Shown: in pieces, positions 39,175 through 51,216 of the stretch | Position numbering within the stretch: position 1 is the stretch's first letter | Layout of the letters: the number at the start of each line of letters is the position of its first letter | Origin: an uncultured Gemmatimonadaceae bacterium | GTDB lineage: Bacteria > Gemmatimonadota > Gemmatimonadetes > Gemmatimonadales > Gemmatimonadaceae | Length of the DNA: 64,000 nt | Direction of reading: 5' to 3' | Assembly (NCBI GenBank): GCA_963740355.1 | Contig: CAVUDW010000003.1 | Coordinates: forward strand, 1,792,001-1,856,000 | Position numbers and translations under genes: made by a program | Notes under the pieces: generated by a model | The model's input: only the letters and a program-made list of their open reading frames with translations | Databases searched by the model: none | What the model was told of the DNA's origin: nothing

Positions 39175-41349
39175 TCAGACGGGCTTCCCCGAGAGAGGAT
39201 AAAAACGCTCTCCCTGTTCAGCCATGCGGCGCAGGCTCTCGGCCGCACGATAGCGACCCGGGAATTCACGCTCGAGCTCGTCGAGCGTCGACACGACGTT
39301 CGCCGCACCCGTGCGATCGATGAACCGGAACGGCCCACCCCGAAATGGCGGAAACCCGATCCCGAAGACGGCGCCGATGTCGCCATCGCGCGCCGAGCGC
39401 AGGATTCCATCTTCGAGGCAGAGCACGGCTTCGTTGAGCATGGCGTAGACGCATCGCTGCACGATACGCGCCGCAGGCTCCGTCGTGCGCTTCTGGCCCG
39501 TGGGCAGCAGGTCGTAGACCGAGCTGTCGACACCACCCTTCTTGCCGGCGTCGTCGTACAGATAGAAGCCGCGCTTGCCCTTCCGGCCAAGGCGACCGGC
39601 CTTGATCACCCGCTGCACCGACTCGTTCGGGGACATGCGCGCGCCGAAGGCCTCGGCCACGATCGCACCAGCCTTGGTCGCCACATCGAGCCCCACTTCA
39701 TCCACCAGCGTGATCGGTCCCACGGGAAAGCCGAACTTCACCAGTGCCTCGTCGATGCTTTCGATCGAGACCCCTTCGTCGAGCAACAGCCCCGCCGCGT
39801 TCACGTAAGGCGACAGCACACGATTGGCAAAGAAGCCGGGGCCGTCGCGCACCACGATCACCGTCTTGCCGAGCTTGCGGCCGTACGACACCGCACTCAC
39901 CACCACCTGCGGATCGTTGCCCGGATGGGTGATGATCTCGAGCAGCGGCATCTTGTGCACGGGCGAGAAGAAATGCATGCCCAGCACCCGTTCCGGTCGC
40001 ACACTGGCACTCGCAATACGACTGATCGGGATGGTGCTGGTGTTGCTGGCCACGATGGCACGTGGCGGCACCACCGATTCGATCTCACGCAGGACCTGGT
40101 GCTTCACCTGCAAATCCTCGAACACCGCCTCGATCACCATGTCGGCGTTGCCGAAGCCGGTGTAGTCGGTGGTGCCGCTGACCGAGAGCAGCAGGTCGTC
40201 GAATTGCGGCCGTGTGACCTGCTTCTTCACCAGCTTCTCGCGCATTACGTCGCGCACGGCAGCAAGGCCTTTTGCAACACGCGCCGTATCCGCGTCCTTC
40301 AATCGCACGATGGTACCGGCGGGGCTGGCGACGCTGGCGATCCCCGCGCCCATGAATCCGGCGCCAAGAATGCCGAGCTTCGCGATCGGCAGTGCCTTCG
40401 GCATCGGATCGACGTCGTCCACACCCATGTCGCGCTTCAAGGCGGTGGTAGCGAAGAAGAGGAAGACGAGCTCCTGCGATTCCGGCGTCATCGACAATTC
40501 GCCAAAAAGGCGAGCCTCGGTCTGGTACCCGTCACCATCGCTGCTGTATCCCGCGGCGACGGCATCGAGCGCGGCCAGCGGCGCGGGATAGAGCCCCTTC
40601 GTCTTCGCCAGCACACCTTCCTTCGCCTTGCGAAACACGATCGCGCGACCGATCGGATTTTCATCCAGCAACATCTCGCCGGCGCCATGCTTGCGGGCCT
40701 CGCGACGACGTGTGCCATCGGCCAATTCCGTTGCGCGCTGGAGCGCCACACGACGCAGGATGCTGGGATGCACCATCTCATCCACCAGGCCAAGCTGCAG
40801 CGCCTTCTTGGCGCGTACGGCCTTGCCGGTGAGGATCATGTCGAGCGCAGCCTGCAGTCCCACCAGCGCGGGCAGGCGCTGTGTGCCGCCGGCGCCGGGG
40901 ATCAGGCCAAGCTGCACTTCGGGCAGTGAGATGGCGGTCTTCGGGTTGTCGGTCGCGATGCGCCAGTGACAGGCGAGTGCCATCTCGGTGCCGCCACCGA
41001 GGCATCCGCCATTGATGGCACACACGACCGGCTTGCCGTCGGCGAGGGCGGCGAAGTCTGCATGTCCGGCGCGGCAGGAACGCTCCGCATCGGCCGCGCT
41101 GGTGAATTCGAGGAAGGCCTCGATGTCGGCGCCAGCGATGAAGTTGTCGCGCTTGCCGCTGATGATCACCGCGGCCCGAATCGACGGCTCGCGCTGGATG
41201 GTCTCGAACGCATCACGCAGCTCGAGCTGCGCGGCCACGGTGAAGATGTTCACCGGTGATCCAGGCGAATCGAAGGTGATCACGGCGATGCCGTTTTCGA
41301 CGTCGAGGCTGATCGCGCGCGACGGTGCGGAGGTGGCTGTGGCGGTCAT
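39175..41349 (-). CDS. fadJ: Fatty acid oxidation complex alpha subunit
   Basis: FIAGADI, GGGTE, PEVQLGLIPGAGG, GAGFMGAG, SNTS, GMHFFSPV. Confidence 0.92.
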   Translation of the reverse strand: MTATATSAPSRAISLDVENGIAVITFDSPGSPVNIFTVAAQLELRDAFETIQREPSIRAAVIISGKRDNFIAGADIEAFLEFTSAADAERSCRAGHADFAALADGKPVVCAINGGCLGGGTEMALACHWRIATDNPKTAISLPEVQLGLIPGAGGTQRLPALVGLQAALDMILTGKAVRAKKALQLGLVDEMVHPSILRRVALQRATELADGTRRREARKHGAGEMLLDENPIGRAIVFRKAKEGVLAKTKGLYPAPLAALDAVAAGYSSDGDGYQTEARLFGELSMTPESQELVFLFFATTALKRDMGVDDVDPMPKALPIAKLGILGAGFMGAGIASVASPAGTIVRLKDADTARVAKGLAAVRDVMREKLVKKQVTRPQFDDLLLSVSGTTDYTGFGNADMVIEAVFEDLQVKHQVLREIESVVPPRAIVASNTSTIPISRIASASVRPERVLGMHFFSPVHKMPLLEIITHPGNDPQVVVSAVSYGRKLGKTVIVVRDGPGFFANRVLSPYVNAAGLLLDEGVSIESIDEALVKFGFPVGPITLVDEVGLDVATKAGAIVAEAFGARMSPNESVQRVIKAGRLGRKGKRGFYLYDDAGKKGGVDSSVYDLLPTGQKRTTEPAARIVQRCVYAMLNEAVLCLEDGILRSARDGDIGAVFGIGFPPFRGGPFRFIDRTGAANVVSTLDELEREFPGRYRAAESLRRMAEQGERFYPLSGKPV

Positions 41350-41365
41350 GGTGAGATGAATGTCG

Positions 41366-42661
41366 TCAGACGCGTTCGATGACCATCGCGAACCCCAGGC
41401 CGCCCGCCGCACACACCGTCAGCATGCCGAACTGCCCGCCGCGGCGCGCCAGCTCGTTGCACAACGTGGTGGTGACACGGGCACCGGTGGCGCCGAATGG
41501 ATGACCGATGGAAAGCGAGCCGCCCATCACGTTCAACTTCGCACGATCTACCTCGCCGAGCGGCTTCGTCAAGCCGGCGCGCTCGGCCCAGAACTGGCTC
41601 TCGAATCCGCGAAGATTGCTCAGCACCTGCGCGGCAAAGGCTTCGTGCATCTCGATCAGGTCGAGGTCGCGCAGTGTCAGGCCCGCGCGCTCGAGCGCCT
41701 TCGGGGCCGCGAGCACCGGCGCCTGCAACAGCTGTTCACCCGGATCGAGCGCAGCGCTGGCGTACGATCGGATGTAGCCGATGGGCTGATACCCGAGCGC
41801 CTTCGCCTTCTCCTCGCTCATCAGCAGCACGGCACCGGCACCATCGGTGAGCGGCGAGGCGTTGCCGGCAGTCACACTGCCATAGCGCTTGTCGAATACG
41901 GGCTTCAGTGCGGCCAACTGCTCGAGTGTGCTGTCCTCACGCACCCCGTTGTCGGTGGTCGCGATCTTCTCGTACTTCGGCGGCACGTACACCGGAAACA
42001 TCTCGGCCGAGAGGCGGCCATCGCGCAGTCCCGCGGCTGCAAGGCGATGCGAGCGGAGCGCGAACTCGTCCTGCTCCTGCCGCGAGATGTCATTCAGCTT
42101 CGCCATCTTCTCGGCACTCTGCCCCATCGTCTCGCCTGTGGTCGGCTCCGAGATGGCGGGGGCCACCGGCACCAGGTCCTTCGGACGGACGCGCGAGAAT
42201 GCGCTGAGCTTCTGGCTGATATTTTTCGCCTTGCTGGCGGCCATCAGCACATCGGCGAAGCCGCGTGAGTGCAGGATCGGCACATTCGACAGCGACTCGG
42301 CGCCGCCGGCGATGACGCAGTCCATGTGGCCGAGCGCGATCTGGTCGGCGGCGTCGGCGATGGCCTGGTTCGCGCTGGCGCAGGCTCGACTGACCGACCA
42401 GGCATCCACGCCCTTGGGCAGGATCGGCATCAGCGAGACTTCGCGTGCGATGTTCGGCGCCTGCACATTCTGCACGACGGTGCCGAAGACGACCGCGTCG
42501 ACGTCGGCGCCGTTGAGATTGGTCCGCTGCATCAGCTCTGCGACGCAGAGGCGCCCCAGTTCGATGGCGGAGAGCGACTTGAAGAGTGTGCCGGCCTTGG
42601 CGAACGGGGTACGGACACCCGTGATGATGGCCACGCGCCGCAGCGATCCATGCGATGACAT
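41366..42661 (-). CDS. fadI: 3-ketoacyl-CoA thiolase
   Basis: RACAS, MHEAFAAQ, GHPFGATG, CAAGG. Confidence 0.92.
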   Translation of the reverse strand: MSSHGSLRRVAIITGVRTPFAKAGTLFKSLSAIELGRLCVAELMQRTNLNGADVDAVVFGTVVQNVQAPNIAREVSLMPILPKGVDAWSVSRACASANQAIADAADQIALGHMDCVIAGGAESLSNVPILHSRGFADVLMAASKAKNISQKLSAFSRVRPKDLVPVAPAISEPTTGETMGQSAEKMAKLNDISRQEQDEFALRSHRLAAAGLRDGRLSAEMFPVYVPPKYEKIATTDNGVREDSTLEQLAALKPVFDKRYGSVTAGNASPLTDGAGAVLLMSEEKAKALGYQPIGYIRSYASAALDPGEQLLQAPVLAAPKALERAGLTLRDLDLIEMHEAFAAQVLSNLRGFESQFWAERAGLTKPLGEVDRAKLNVMGGSLSIGHPFGATGARVTTTLCNELARRGGQFGMLTVCAAGGLGFAMVIERV

Positions 42662-42694
42662 TCTCGTAACTTAGTCCAGTAACGCGCCGCAGTT

Positions 42695-44416
42695 ATGCGC
42701 GTCACCCTCCGGCAGCCCGGAGTTCCCGACCATCTTCCCTGTTACGTGTCCCAGCCCTTTCAGCACGATCCTCGGACCGCGCCGTCTCTCGGCCTCGCTT
42801 CCCGGGCAGTGGCACGGGCGCGGCTGCACGAAGGGACATTCGACCTGCTGGTAGTGGGCGGTGGCATCACCGGTGCCGGCACCGCACGGGACGCAGCACT
42901 CCGCGGGTTGTCAGTGGCGCTGGTGGAGGCCGACGACTGGGCGAGTGGCACCTCATCGCGTTCCTCGCGGCTGGTGCACGGCGGCGTACGCTATCTGGAA
43001 CATGGGCATCTGCACCTCGTCTTCGAGGCGAGCCGTGAACGCCGCACGCTGCTGCAGATCGCGCCGCACCTCGTGCGTCCTTTGCGGTTCACCTGGCCGG
43101 TGTACAAGGGGGCCCGCATTCCGCGTTGGAAGCTGCGTGCCGGCCTGCTGGCCTATGACGCCCTCTCCCTGTTCCGGAACGTGGGGCCGCATCGCGGCGC
43201 CTCAAGACGAGACATCCTGCAACGCGAGCCGCTGTTACGAAAGGACGGCCTGGTGGGTGGCGCGCAGTACTGGGACGCCAGCACCGATGATGTCCGCCTG
43301 ACGATCGCCAACGTCGTCTCGGCGTCCGAGGCTGGTGCGGTGACGATCAACCATGCGCCGATCACCGCCTTCGTGCACGACGGCACCGGCAAGGTGCGCG
43401 GCGCGCAGTTGCTGGATCGGACCACGGGCGAGGCGATCGAAGTGCGCGCGCGCGTCGTCGTGAACGCGACCGGACCGTGGAGCGACATCACGCGTCGGCT
43501 GGACGACGGTGTCGAGCACGACGCAGTGCTGGGGAGCAAGGGAGTGCACATCGCCATTCCGCGCGATCGTGTTCCAGTGACCGATGCGCTGACGTTGCTG
43601 CATCCTGACGATGGCCGGGTGTTCTTCATCCTGCCGTCACCGGTGCATACCATCGTCGGCACCACCGAAACGCCAAGCGAGGCTGGCCCCAGTGATGTGC
43701 GCGCCAATCGCCGCGACGTGTCGTACCTGTTGAAGGCGGCGAACCATTTCTTCCCGACGGCGCTGCTGGCCGAACGTGATGTGATCAGCGCGTGGGCGGG
43801 CATTCGTCCACTGGTGGCACACGCGGGAACGAGCGCCAACGATGCATCGCGCGAACATCACATCGCGACCGCTGAATCGGGGCTGATCTCGGTCACCGGC
43901 GGCAAGCTCACCACCTATCGCGCGATGGCGAGCGAGATCGTGGACACCGTGGAGCGTGCACTCGGTCGCGCGTCGTCCACCGTCTCGATGACTGGTGACG
44001 CCGCGCTGCCGGGAGTTGGGAACCTGACCCACGATGCGGAAGTGAATGCGGCACAGGCCATCATCCCGGAGTCGGAAACGGCGGATCAACTCGTGCGCGC
44101 GTATGGCGATCGCTGGCGCATGGTGTGGGGGCTTTGCGAGCGTGAGCCGCTGCTTGGTGACCGACTCGATCCCGACCTGCCGTACATCGCGGCTGAAGTG
44201 TTGTGGGCTGCGGTAGCCGAAGGGGCGTGGACCGTCGCTGACGTGTTGGTGCGTCGCATGCCGATCGCCTACGAACGACAGGATGCAGGGCGAGCGCTGG
44301 CGGCTGAGGTGGCGGCGCTGCTCGGACGTGTGCATGGATGGGACAACGCCACCGTAGCAGAAGCCACGGTGGCGTTTGACGCGGAAGCGGCGCGGTTGTT
44401 CGGCATCGACGACTGA
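42695..44416 (+). CDS. glpD: FAD-dependent glycerol-3-phosphate dehydrogenase
   Basis: GGGITGAG, GTSSRSSRLVHGGVRYLE, GGKLTTYR; true start may be slightly downstream. Confidence 0.9.
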   Translation: MRVTLRQPGVPDHLPCYVSQPFQHDPRTAPSLGLASRAVARARLHEGTFDLLVVGGGITGAGTARDAALRGLSVALVEADDWASGTSSRSSRLVHGGVRYLEHGHLHLVFEASRERRTLLQIAPHLVRPLRFTWPVYKGARIPRWKLRAGLLAYDALSLFRNVGPHRGASRRDILQREPLLRKDGLVGGAQYWDASTDDVRLTIANVVSASEAGAVTINHAPITAFVHDGTGKVRGAQLLDRTTGEAIEVRARVVVNATGPWSDITRRLDDGVEHDAVLGSKGVHIAIPRDRVPVTDALTLLHPDDGRVFFILPSPVHTIVGTTETPSEAGPSDVRANRRDVSYLLKAANHFFPTALLAERDVISAWAGIRPLVAHAGTSANDASREHHIATAESGLISVTGGKLTTYRAMASEIVDTVERALGRASSTVSMTGDAALPGVGNLTHDAEVNAAQAIIPESETADQLVRAYGDRWRMVWGLCEREPLLGDRLDPDLPYIAAEVLWAAVAEGAWTVADVLVRRMPIAYERQDAGRALAAEVAALLGRVHGWDNATVAEATVAFDAEAARLFGIDD

Positions 44417-44479
44417 ACCGCGCGCCCTTCCTCGTCCATCCTGTTCGATCTGTGCTGAATTGCTGCCCTCGTCGCGCGG

Positions 44480-44917
44480 CTACTTGACCGTCACGACCTT
44501 CACGCCGGCGACACTGGCGCCAGCCGAGACGTAGCCGATGGCGCCGGGAGTCGCCTTCACGAACGCGATCACGTCGTCATCGGAGGGCTTCACCGCTGGT
44601 GGCAATTCACCGCCGGCGAAGATCTGCTGCTGCCAGTAGGCATCGACCGCAGATGCTGGGCGGCCGAGCAACTTGCGCGCGAACGCGCCGCGTGTTGCGG
44701 AGCCCTTCGACTGGTCGACCGGCATCGCCGGGCCACCGCCGGGAAACCGCGCGATCCGCTTCAGGAACAGCCCGGCGACATCAGCCGAGGACAGTTCCGA
44801 GAGGGGGTTGGCGGAATTCACGACGACTTTGACATCGCCGTCCTGCGCCGAGGCGCGGGAGGGAGCAGCGAGAAGAATGGTCGCGCCGAGCGCGATGAAT
44901 GAGAGAAGTTTGCGCAT
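44480..44917 (-). CDS. Small periplasmic-binding-protein-like (PstS-annotated type) protein
   Basis: Signal peptide; VVVNSANP, YWQQQIF, FVKATPGAIGYV. Confidence 0.75.
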   Translation of the reverse strand: MRKLLSFIALGATILLAAPSRASAQDGDVKVVVNSANPLSELSSADVAGLFLKRIARFPGGGPAMPVDQSKGSATRGAFARKLLGRPASAVDAYWQQQIFAGGELPPAVKPSDDDVIAFVKATPGAIGYVSAGASVAGVKVVTVK

Positions 44918-44928
44918 GGTCTGGGGCC

Positions 44929-46045
44929 TCAGAAGCTGACGGCAAAACTGCCGAGCCAGTAGCCGCCGCTGGACTTCGGTGCGATGGTGGTGTTGGCACC
45001 GACCGTCGTGATGAGTGGAACGAATCGGTCGAAGGCGTACCCGGTGACCTGGTGACGTTCGAGACGTACCAGAGCCCCGCCACCGAGACGATAGGTGGCA
45101 CCGAAACCGTAGTCCTTGGTGGCATCGACATCGACGTTCTGCGCGGGTGGCGCCTGGAAGATGCGATTGTTGGTCAAGCTCGCCTGTGCCGCAACGTCGA
45201 AGCGTTCATGCAGCGTGACGACAGCCTCGCCGGAGTAGCTCTTGCGATCCTGATTGGGCGTGGTGCCGTAGACACGCAGCGCTTCGGCGCGAAGCACGGT
45301 GCGCGGGATGTAGCGGGTCTCGCCGGAATAGAGAATCTCCTGGCGTGTGCCACGTGCGCCATCGGTATCGATCTTGTAGTCGGCGAAGTAGGCGCCGAGC
45401 CGCGATTCACCGACGGGGAAGTTGATCCAGCCCTGCGCGCCCTTGAGGCTATTGCCGCGGAAGGCACGAATCGAGTTGCCGGTGGCGGTGATGACCTGAG
45501 TGCGCACTTCGTTGCTGCCGCCGAAGCCGTTGAAGTCGAAGCTGAAGCCGCTGCCAAGCTGCAGGCGCTTGGTGTAGACCACACCGTCGACCGTCTCGCG
45601 GCCTTCGCCGTAGATCTCGAATGACGGGCGGTAGAACGGCAACACCGTTCCGACGAAGCGGATCTCATTGAAGATGCCGCGCGGCATCGGTGCGCGCCCG
45701 ACCTTCACCGTGCCCCAATCACCACGTCGTTGCCAGAAGGCCCACTGCAATGCCACATCGGGCAGCGCGGCCTGCAACGGGCTGGTGCCGAGCCGACGAT
45801 TGAGCAGCTGCACGACGAACTGGTCGTGCTCATTCATCTTGTACCGGAATTGCACCATCGCATTCCGGTAGTCGTAGGTGGCGGCGCGCGGAATTCCGAG
45901 CAGCGGGAGACTGTCTGCGCGGCCGAAGCCGGCATTCAGCGCCGCGTGAAACTCGAATTGTGACTCAGCACCTTGTGCGTCGGAACGCTGCGGGTGCAGA
46001 GGCACCGGCAACGAGCGCAGCGGTGATCAAATGACGAAGTCGCAT
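44929..46045 (-). pseudogene. Porin-like beta-barrel with +1 frameshift just after the signal peptide
   Basis: ATG 46045 gives MRLRHLITAALVAGASAPAA, out of frame with the long ORF (DAQGAESQF...FAVSF); span 1117 = 3n+1. Confidence 0.7.
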
Positions 46046-46187
46046 ACAAACGTGGGTGGGGGTGAACCGAACGAGCCTGTTACTGATTGTCGGTTCCCCA
46101 GACGCGCGACTAAATCATTGCGCGACTTGCACGGCAGCGGTGTGTCCGTGTTGCGGTATTACCTGCGCGGCAATGTGAATTTCCGCC

Positions 46188-46205
46188 AATCTCACGCGTG
46201 AGATT
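46188..46205. promoter_or_regulatory. Perfect 18-bp palindrome, candidate operator
   Basis: AATCTCACGCGTGAGATT flanked by TTC(C/T)GCCAAT direct repeats. Confidence 0.5.
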
Positions 46206-46467
46206 CTGCCAATTTTCGCACAGTATCCAGCAAGAAAATTGCGTTCGATTCGACACTGGTTTGTGTGATGAGTGTAACGACGAACGCCACCGCGCAGTAT
46301 CGGCGGTGGCGTGTGTCATCGAAGGAACGGCAGTGCAGAATATCGAGCGAACATCAGGACAGCATGACGTGTCGAGCGCAGAGTGAACCAGCGTGGGAAT
46401 TCCTGGAAGCCGTGTCGTGTCGACGTCCTCGCGCGCGGAACGGTGACGCTTCGGCGTGCGGGCGCCG

Positions 46468-46947
46468 TCAGTCCGCGACTTCGAGCTGATGGAACGTGAC
46501 GAGCTCGACGATAGTGAGCCGCCGCGTGCGGGCGGGCAGCTTGAACAGCACTGTTTCGCCGACTGCGCGGTTCTGCAGCGCGAGGCCGATCGGGGAGGAC
46601 ATGCTCACCTGCCCATCGACCAGTTCGCCGCCGTCACCAAAGACGAGCTCGTAGACTTCGCGCTCTTCGCTGACATTGTCCTCGACCGTCACTCGGCTGC
46701 CGAGCCCGACGCGATCGGTCGGGATCTGCGTGATGTCGATGTCGGAGAGCTTGCTGAGGCGCTGGACCAGCTGGCCGAGGCGCGCCTGGACGAAGCGCTG
46801 CCGCTCGAGGGCCGCCTTGTATTCGCTGTTCTCGCGGAGGTCGCCATGGTCGACAGCCTTCTTGATCTCCTGCGGGAGCGTCACCGCCAGCTCGTGTCGC
46901 AGTTTGGCGACTTCGCTGGAGAGCTTTTCCTTGAGGGCCTCGATCAT
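46468..46947 (-). CDS. greA: GreA/GreB transcription elongation factor
   Basis: HGDLRENSEYKAA, SPIGLAL. Confidence 0.85.
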   Translation of the reverse strand: MIEALKEKLSSEVAKLRHELAVTLPQEIKKAVDHGDLRENSEYKAALERQRFVQARLGQLVQRLSKLSDIDITQIPTDRVGLGSRVTVEDNVSEEREVYELVFGDGGELVDGQVSMSSPIGLALQNRAVGETVLFKLPARTRRLTIVELVTFHQLEVAD

Positions 46948-47090
46948 GGGACCAACCGTTGCTGCACGGGGAAACGACTGCGCCCGGCCAACAGGGGCCG
47001 GGCGGGAGAGCTGAAAGTACGTTCCGAGGATTCCCGGCACAATAAGGTCACGGCGAGGTCATCAGTGGAGCGGCATGGCAGAGTCAGGTT

Positions 47091-47885
47091 GTGATTGAGA
47101 TCATTGCGCACGATGGCGTGACCCAGTGGCGCACCGCCTCCTTCCTCAGCCGACGGTTCGGCTATTCGGCGAGCCTGTTCCTGACGGCCGACGGCGTGCT
47201 GGTGGATACGGGCATCCCGGTGGTGGCCCGCGAGCTGTCGGCGCTACTCGACCGCAACCCGGTGCGCGGGGTGGTGGTGACCCACCATCACGAGGACCAC
47301 GCGGGGAACGTGGAGTTGCTGGCCCGTCGCGGCCTGCCGATCTGGATGCCGGAGGCGACTCGACCGCTGGTGACGTCGGTGGAGCCGATCCGCGCCTACC
47401 GGCGCCTGACCTGGACCTCGATGCCGCCGCTCCGGTCGGCCGTGGTGCCGTTCGCGCTGGACCCGCTGGTTGCGATCCCGACGCCCGGCCATGCGCCCGA
47501 CCACCACGCGATCTGGGACGCCGCGACGCGCACCCTCTTCAGCGGGGACCTGTTTCTTGGCGTCGCGGTGCGCATCACGCATCACGACGAGGATCCCTGG
47601 GCCTCGATCGAGTCGCTGGAACGTGCGGCAGCACTGGAACCAGCGCGAATGTTCTGCGCCCACCGCGGGCTCGTCCCCAACGCGGCAGCGGCGCTCCGAG
47701 CCAAGGCCACCTGGACGCGCGCATTGATCGCCACATTGACCGAGCAGATCACCCGCGGCGCGACCGATGCGCAGATCCTCAAGTCCGTGATGGGCGGCGA
47801 ATCACTCACGGGCTGGATGAGCGGCGGCGAATACTCGCGCCGCAACTTCATCCGCGCGGTTCGTGCGCGGAGCAGTCCGGACTGA
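47091..47885 (+). CDS. MBL-fold metallo-hydrolase
   Basis: LVDTG, THHHEDHAG, TPGHAPDH, FSGD, CAH. Confidence 0.9.
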   Translation: MIEIIAHDGVTQWRTASFLSRRFGYSASLFLTADGVLVDTGIPVVARELSALLDRNPVRGVVVTHHHEDHAGNVELLARRGLPIWMPEATRPLVTSVEPIRAYRRLTWTSMPPLRSAVVPFALDPLVAIPTPGHAPDHHAIWDAATRTLFSGDLFLGVAVRITHHDEDPWASIESLERAAALEPARMFCAHRGLVPNAAAALRAKATWTRALIATLTEQITRGATDAQILKSVMGGESLTGWMSGGEYSRRNFIRAVRARSSPD

Positions 47886-47944
47886 CTGAAACTGTGTCAC
47901 GCAGAGGACTGCAACTGCAAAACGCAGAGTAGCTGTGTTGAAAG

Positions 47945-49505
<1,561 letters not shown>

Positions 49506-49542
49506 ATCGATCGCTCAAGCATCACGAACCAGGAGAGTATTG

Positions 49543-50526
49543 ATGGAATACACGACGCTGGGCAAGACTGGACTGGTGGTCTCTCGGCTGGCGCTGGGAT
49601 GCATGAGTTATGGCGATCCGAAGTGGCGCAGCTGGGTGCTGGACGAGGAGGCGTCGCAGCCGTTCTTTCGGCGCGCGATCGAAGCCGGGATCAACTTCTT
49701 CGATACCTCCGACATGTATTCCATCGGCGTCAGCGAGGAAGTCACCGGGCGGGCGTTGCGGCGCTACGGCAACCTGGACGAGATCGTGATCGCGACCAAG
49801 GTGCATTTCGCGATGGGCGCCGGGCCGAACATGAAGGGGCTCGGACGGAAGCACATCGTGCAGGCGTGTGAAGCATCGCTCAAGCGACTCGGCGTCGAGA
49901 CCATCGATCTCTATCAGATCCACCGACTCGACCGATCGGTGCCGATGGAGGAAACCCTCGAGGCGCTCGATCATCTCGTGCGCAGCGGCAAGGTGCGCTA
50001 CCTAGGTGCGAGCACCATGTACGGCTGGGAGTTCGCCAAGGCGCTCCACACCAGCAATGCACATGGCTGGGCGCGATTCGTCAGCATGCAGAACCACTAC
50101 AACCTGCTCTATCGCGAAGAGGAGCGGGAAATGATGCCGCTCTGCGAGAGTTATGGGATCGGGGTCATTCCATGGTCGCCGATTGCGCGCGGGCTGCTGG
50201 CGGGGCGTCCGCGGGCGCAGGCCGGTGGCGTGACAGCGCGAGCGGCGTTCGATGCCTCGAGTGTGGACTACCTCTATGATCATCCAACCGACGACGCCGT
50301 GATTGCCGCGGTGCGTGCCGTGTCGGACGCGCGTGGCATTCCGATGGCGCAAATCGCGCTGGCGTGGCTGCTGCAACGCCCCGGCGTGACGGCGCCGATC
50401 GTTGGTGCGACCAAGGTGGCGCAACTGGATGATGCGATTGCGGCACTGGATGTCGAACTCACGGCCGACGAGTGTGCGTCGATGGAAGCGCCATACACGG
50501 CACATGAAGTGCGCGGGTGGATGTAG
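49543..50526 (+). CDS. Aldo/keto reductase
   Basis: LGCMS, FFDTSDMY, IATK, DLYQIHR, MQNHYNLLYRE, IPWSP. Confidence 0.93.
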   Translation: MEYTTLGKTGLVVSRLALGCMSYGDPKWRSWVLDEEASQPFFRRAIEAGINFFDTSDMYSIGVSEEVTGRALRRYGNLDEIVIATKVHFAMGAGPNMKGLGRKHIVQACEASLKRLGVETIDLYQIHRLDRSVPMEETLEALDHLVRSGKVRYLGASTMYGWEFAKALHTSNAHGWARFVSMQNHYNLLYREEEREMMPLCESYGIGVIPWSPIARGLLAGRPRAQAGGVTARAAFDASSVDYLYDHPTDDAVIAAVRAVSDARGIPMAQIALAWLLQRPGVTAPIVGATKVAQLDDAIAALDVELTADECASMEAPYTAHEVRGWM

Positions 50527-50562
50527 CGCGGCAGCGCATCGCATCGAGAGGTGAGCCAAGCG

Positions 50563-50602
50563 AAACGGCACGCGCACCGGGACTCGGTGCGCGTGCCGTT
50601 TT
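50563..50602. terminator. Bidirectional terminator
   Basis: AAACGGCACGCGCACCG...CGGTGCGCGTGCCGTTT. Confidence 0.8.
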
Positions 50603-50650
50603 CATCTCGTGCGATGTCAGAGCCAGCCTTCGCGGCCGGCCAGTCGGTCG

Positions 50651-51148
50651 CTACTTCATCGCCTTCAGTTCGGCGGCCGTCCAGGCAGTGGTGCGCGTTG
50701 CATACTTCGCGCGAACCGCACGCACCTGCGCCGCGGTCACGGCTGCGCCCTTGTTACCCCACTGGCTGCGCGCGTAGGTCAGCGTCGCGGCCAGGTCTTC
50801 ATCATTCAGCACGCCGCCCCACGCCATCATCGCGCCGTTGTAACTCGCCCCCTTGACGGTGATCGGCCCCTGCAGACCATGGAGCACGATCGCGATCGGG
50901 ATGTCCGCGCGACCATTCAGCCACTCCGAGCCAGCCAGCGGCGGAAAGGCACCCGGCAGCCCGACGCCAGTCGCCTGATGACAAACCTGGCACACCTCGA
51001 CGTACTTATTGACGGGCGGTGCCGTGGGTGCGATCGCGTGCACGACCGGACGCTCGGCGGCGGCGGCCGGCTGGCGAGTACCAACAAACGCAGTGGCCGC
51101 GGCGAGGCAACCGGCGAGTACGAGGCTACGAATCACTGGCAGCGACAT
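50651..51148 (-). CDS. Monoheme cytochrome c
   Basis: CQVCH, FPPLAGS, YNGAMM, TYAR..WGN. Confidence 0.9.
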   Translation of the reverse strand: MSLPVIRSLVLAGCLAAATAFVGTRQPAAAAERPVVHAIAPTAPPVNKYVEVCQVCHQATGVGLPGAFPPLAGSEWLNGRADIPIAIVLHGLQGPITVKGASYNGAMMAWGGVLNDEDLAATLTYARSQWGNKGAAVTAAQVRAVRAKYATRTTAWTAAELKAMK

Positions 51149-51216
51149 GGCGATTGACCAGGGTGAAGGACGAGAACCAGCTGAGTATACCCGGCGACTG
51201 CGAAAAAGGCTGCGGC

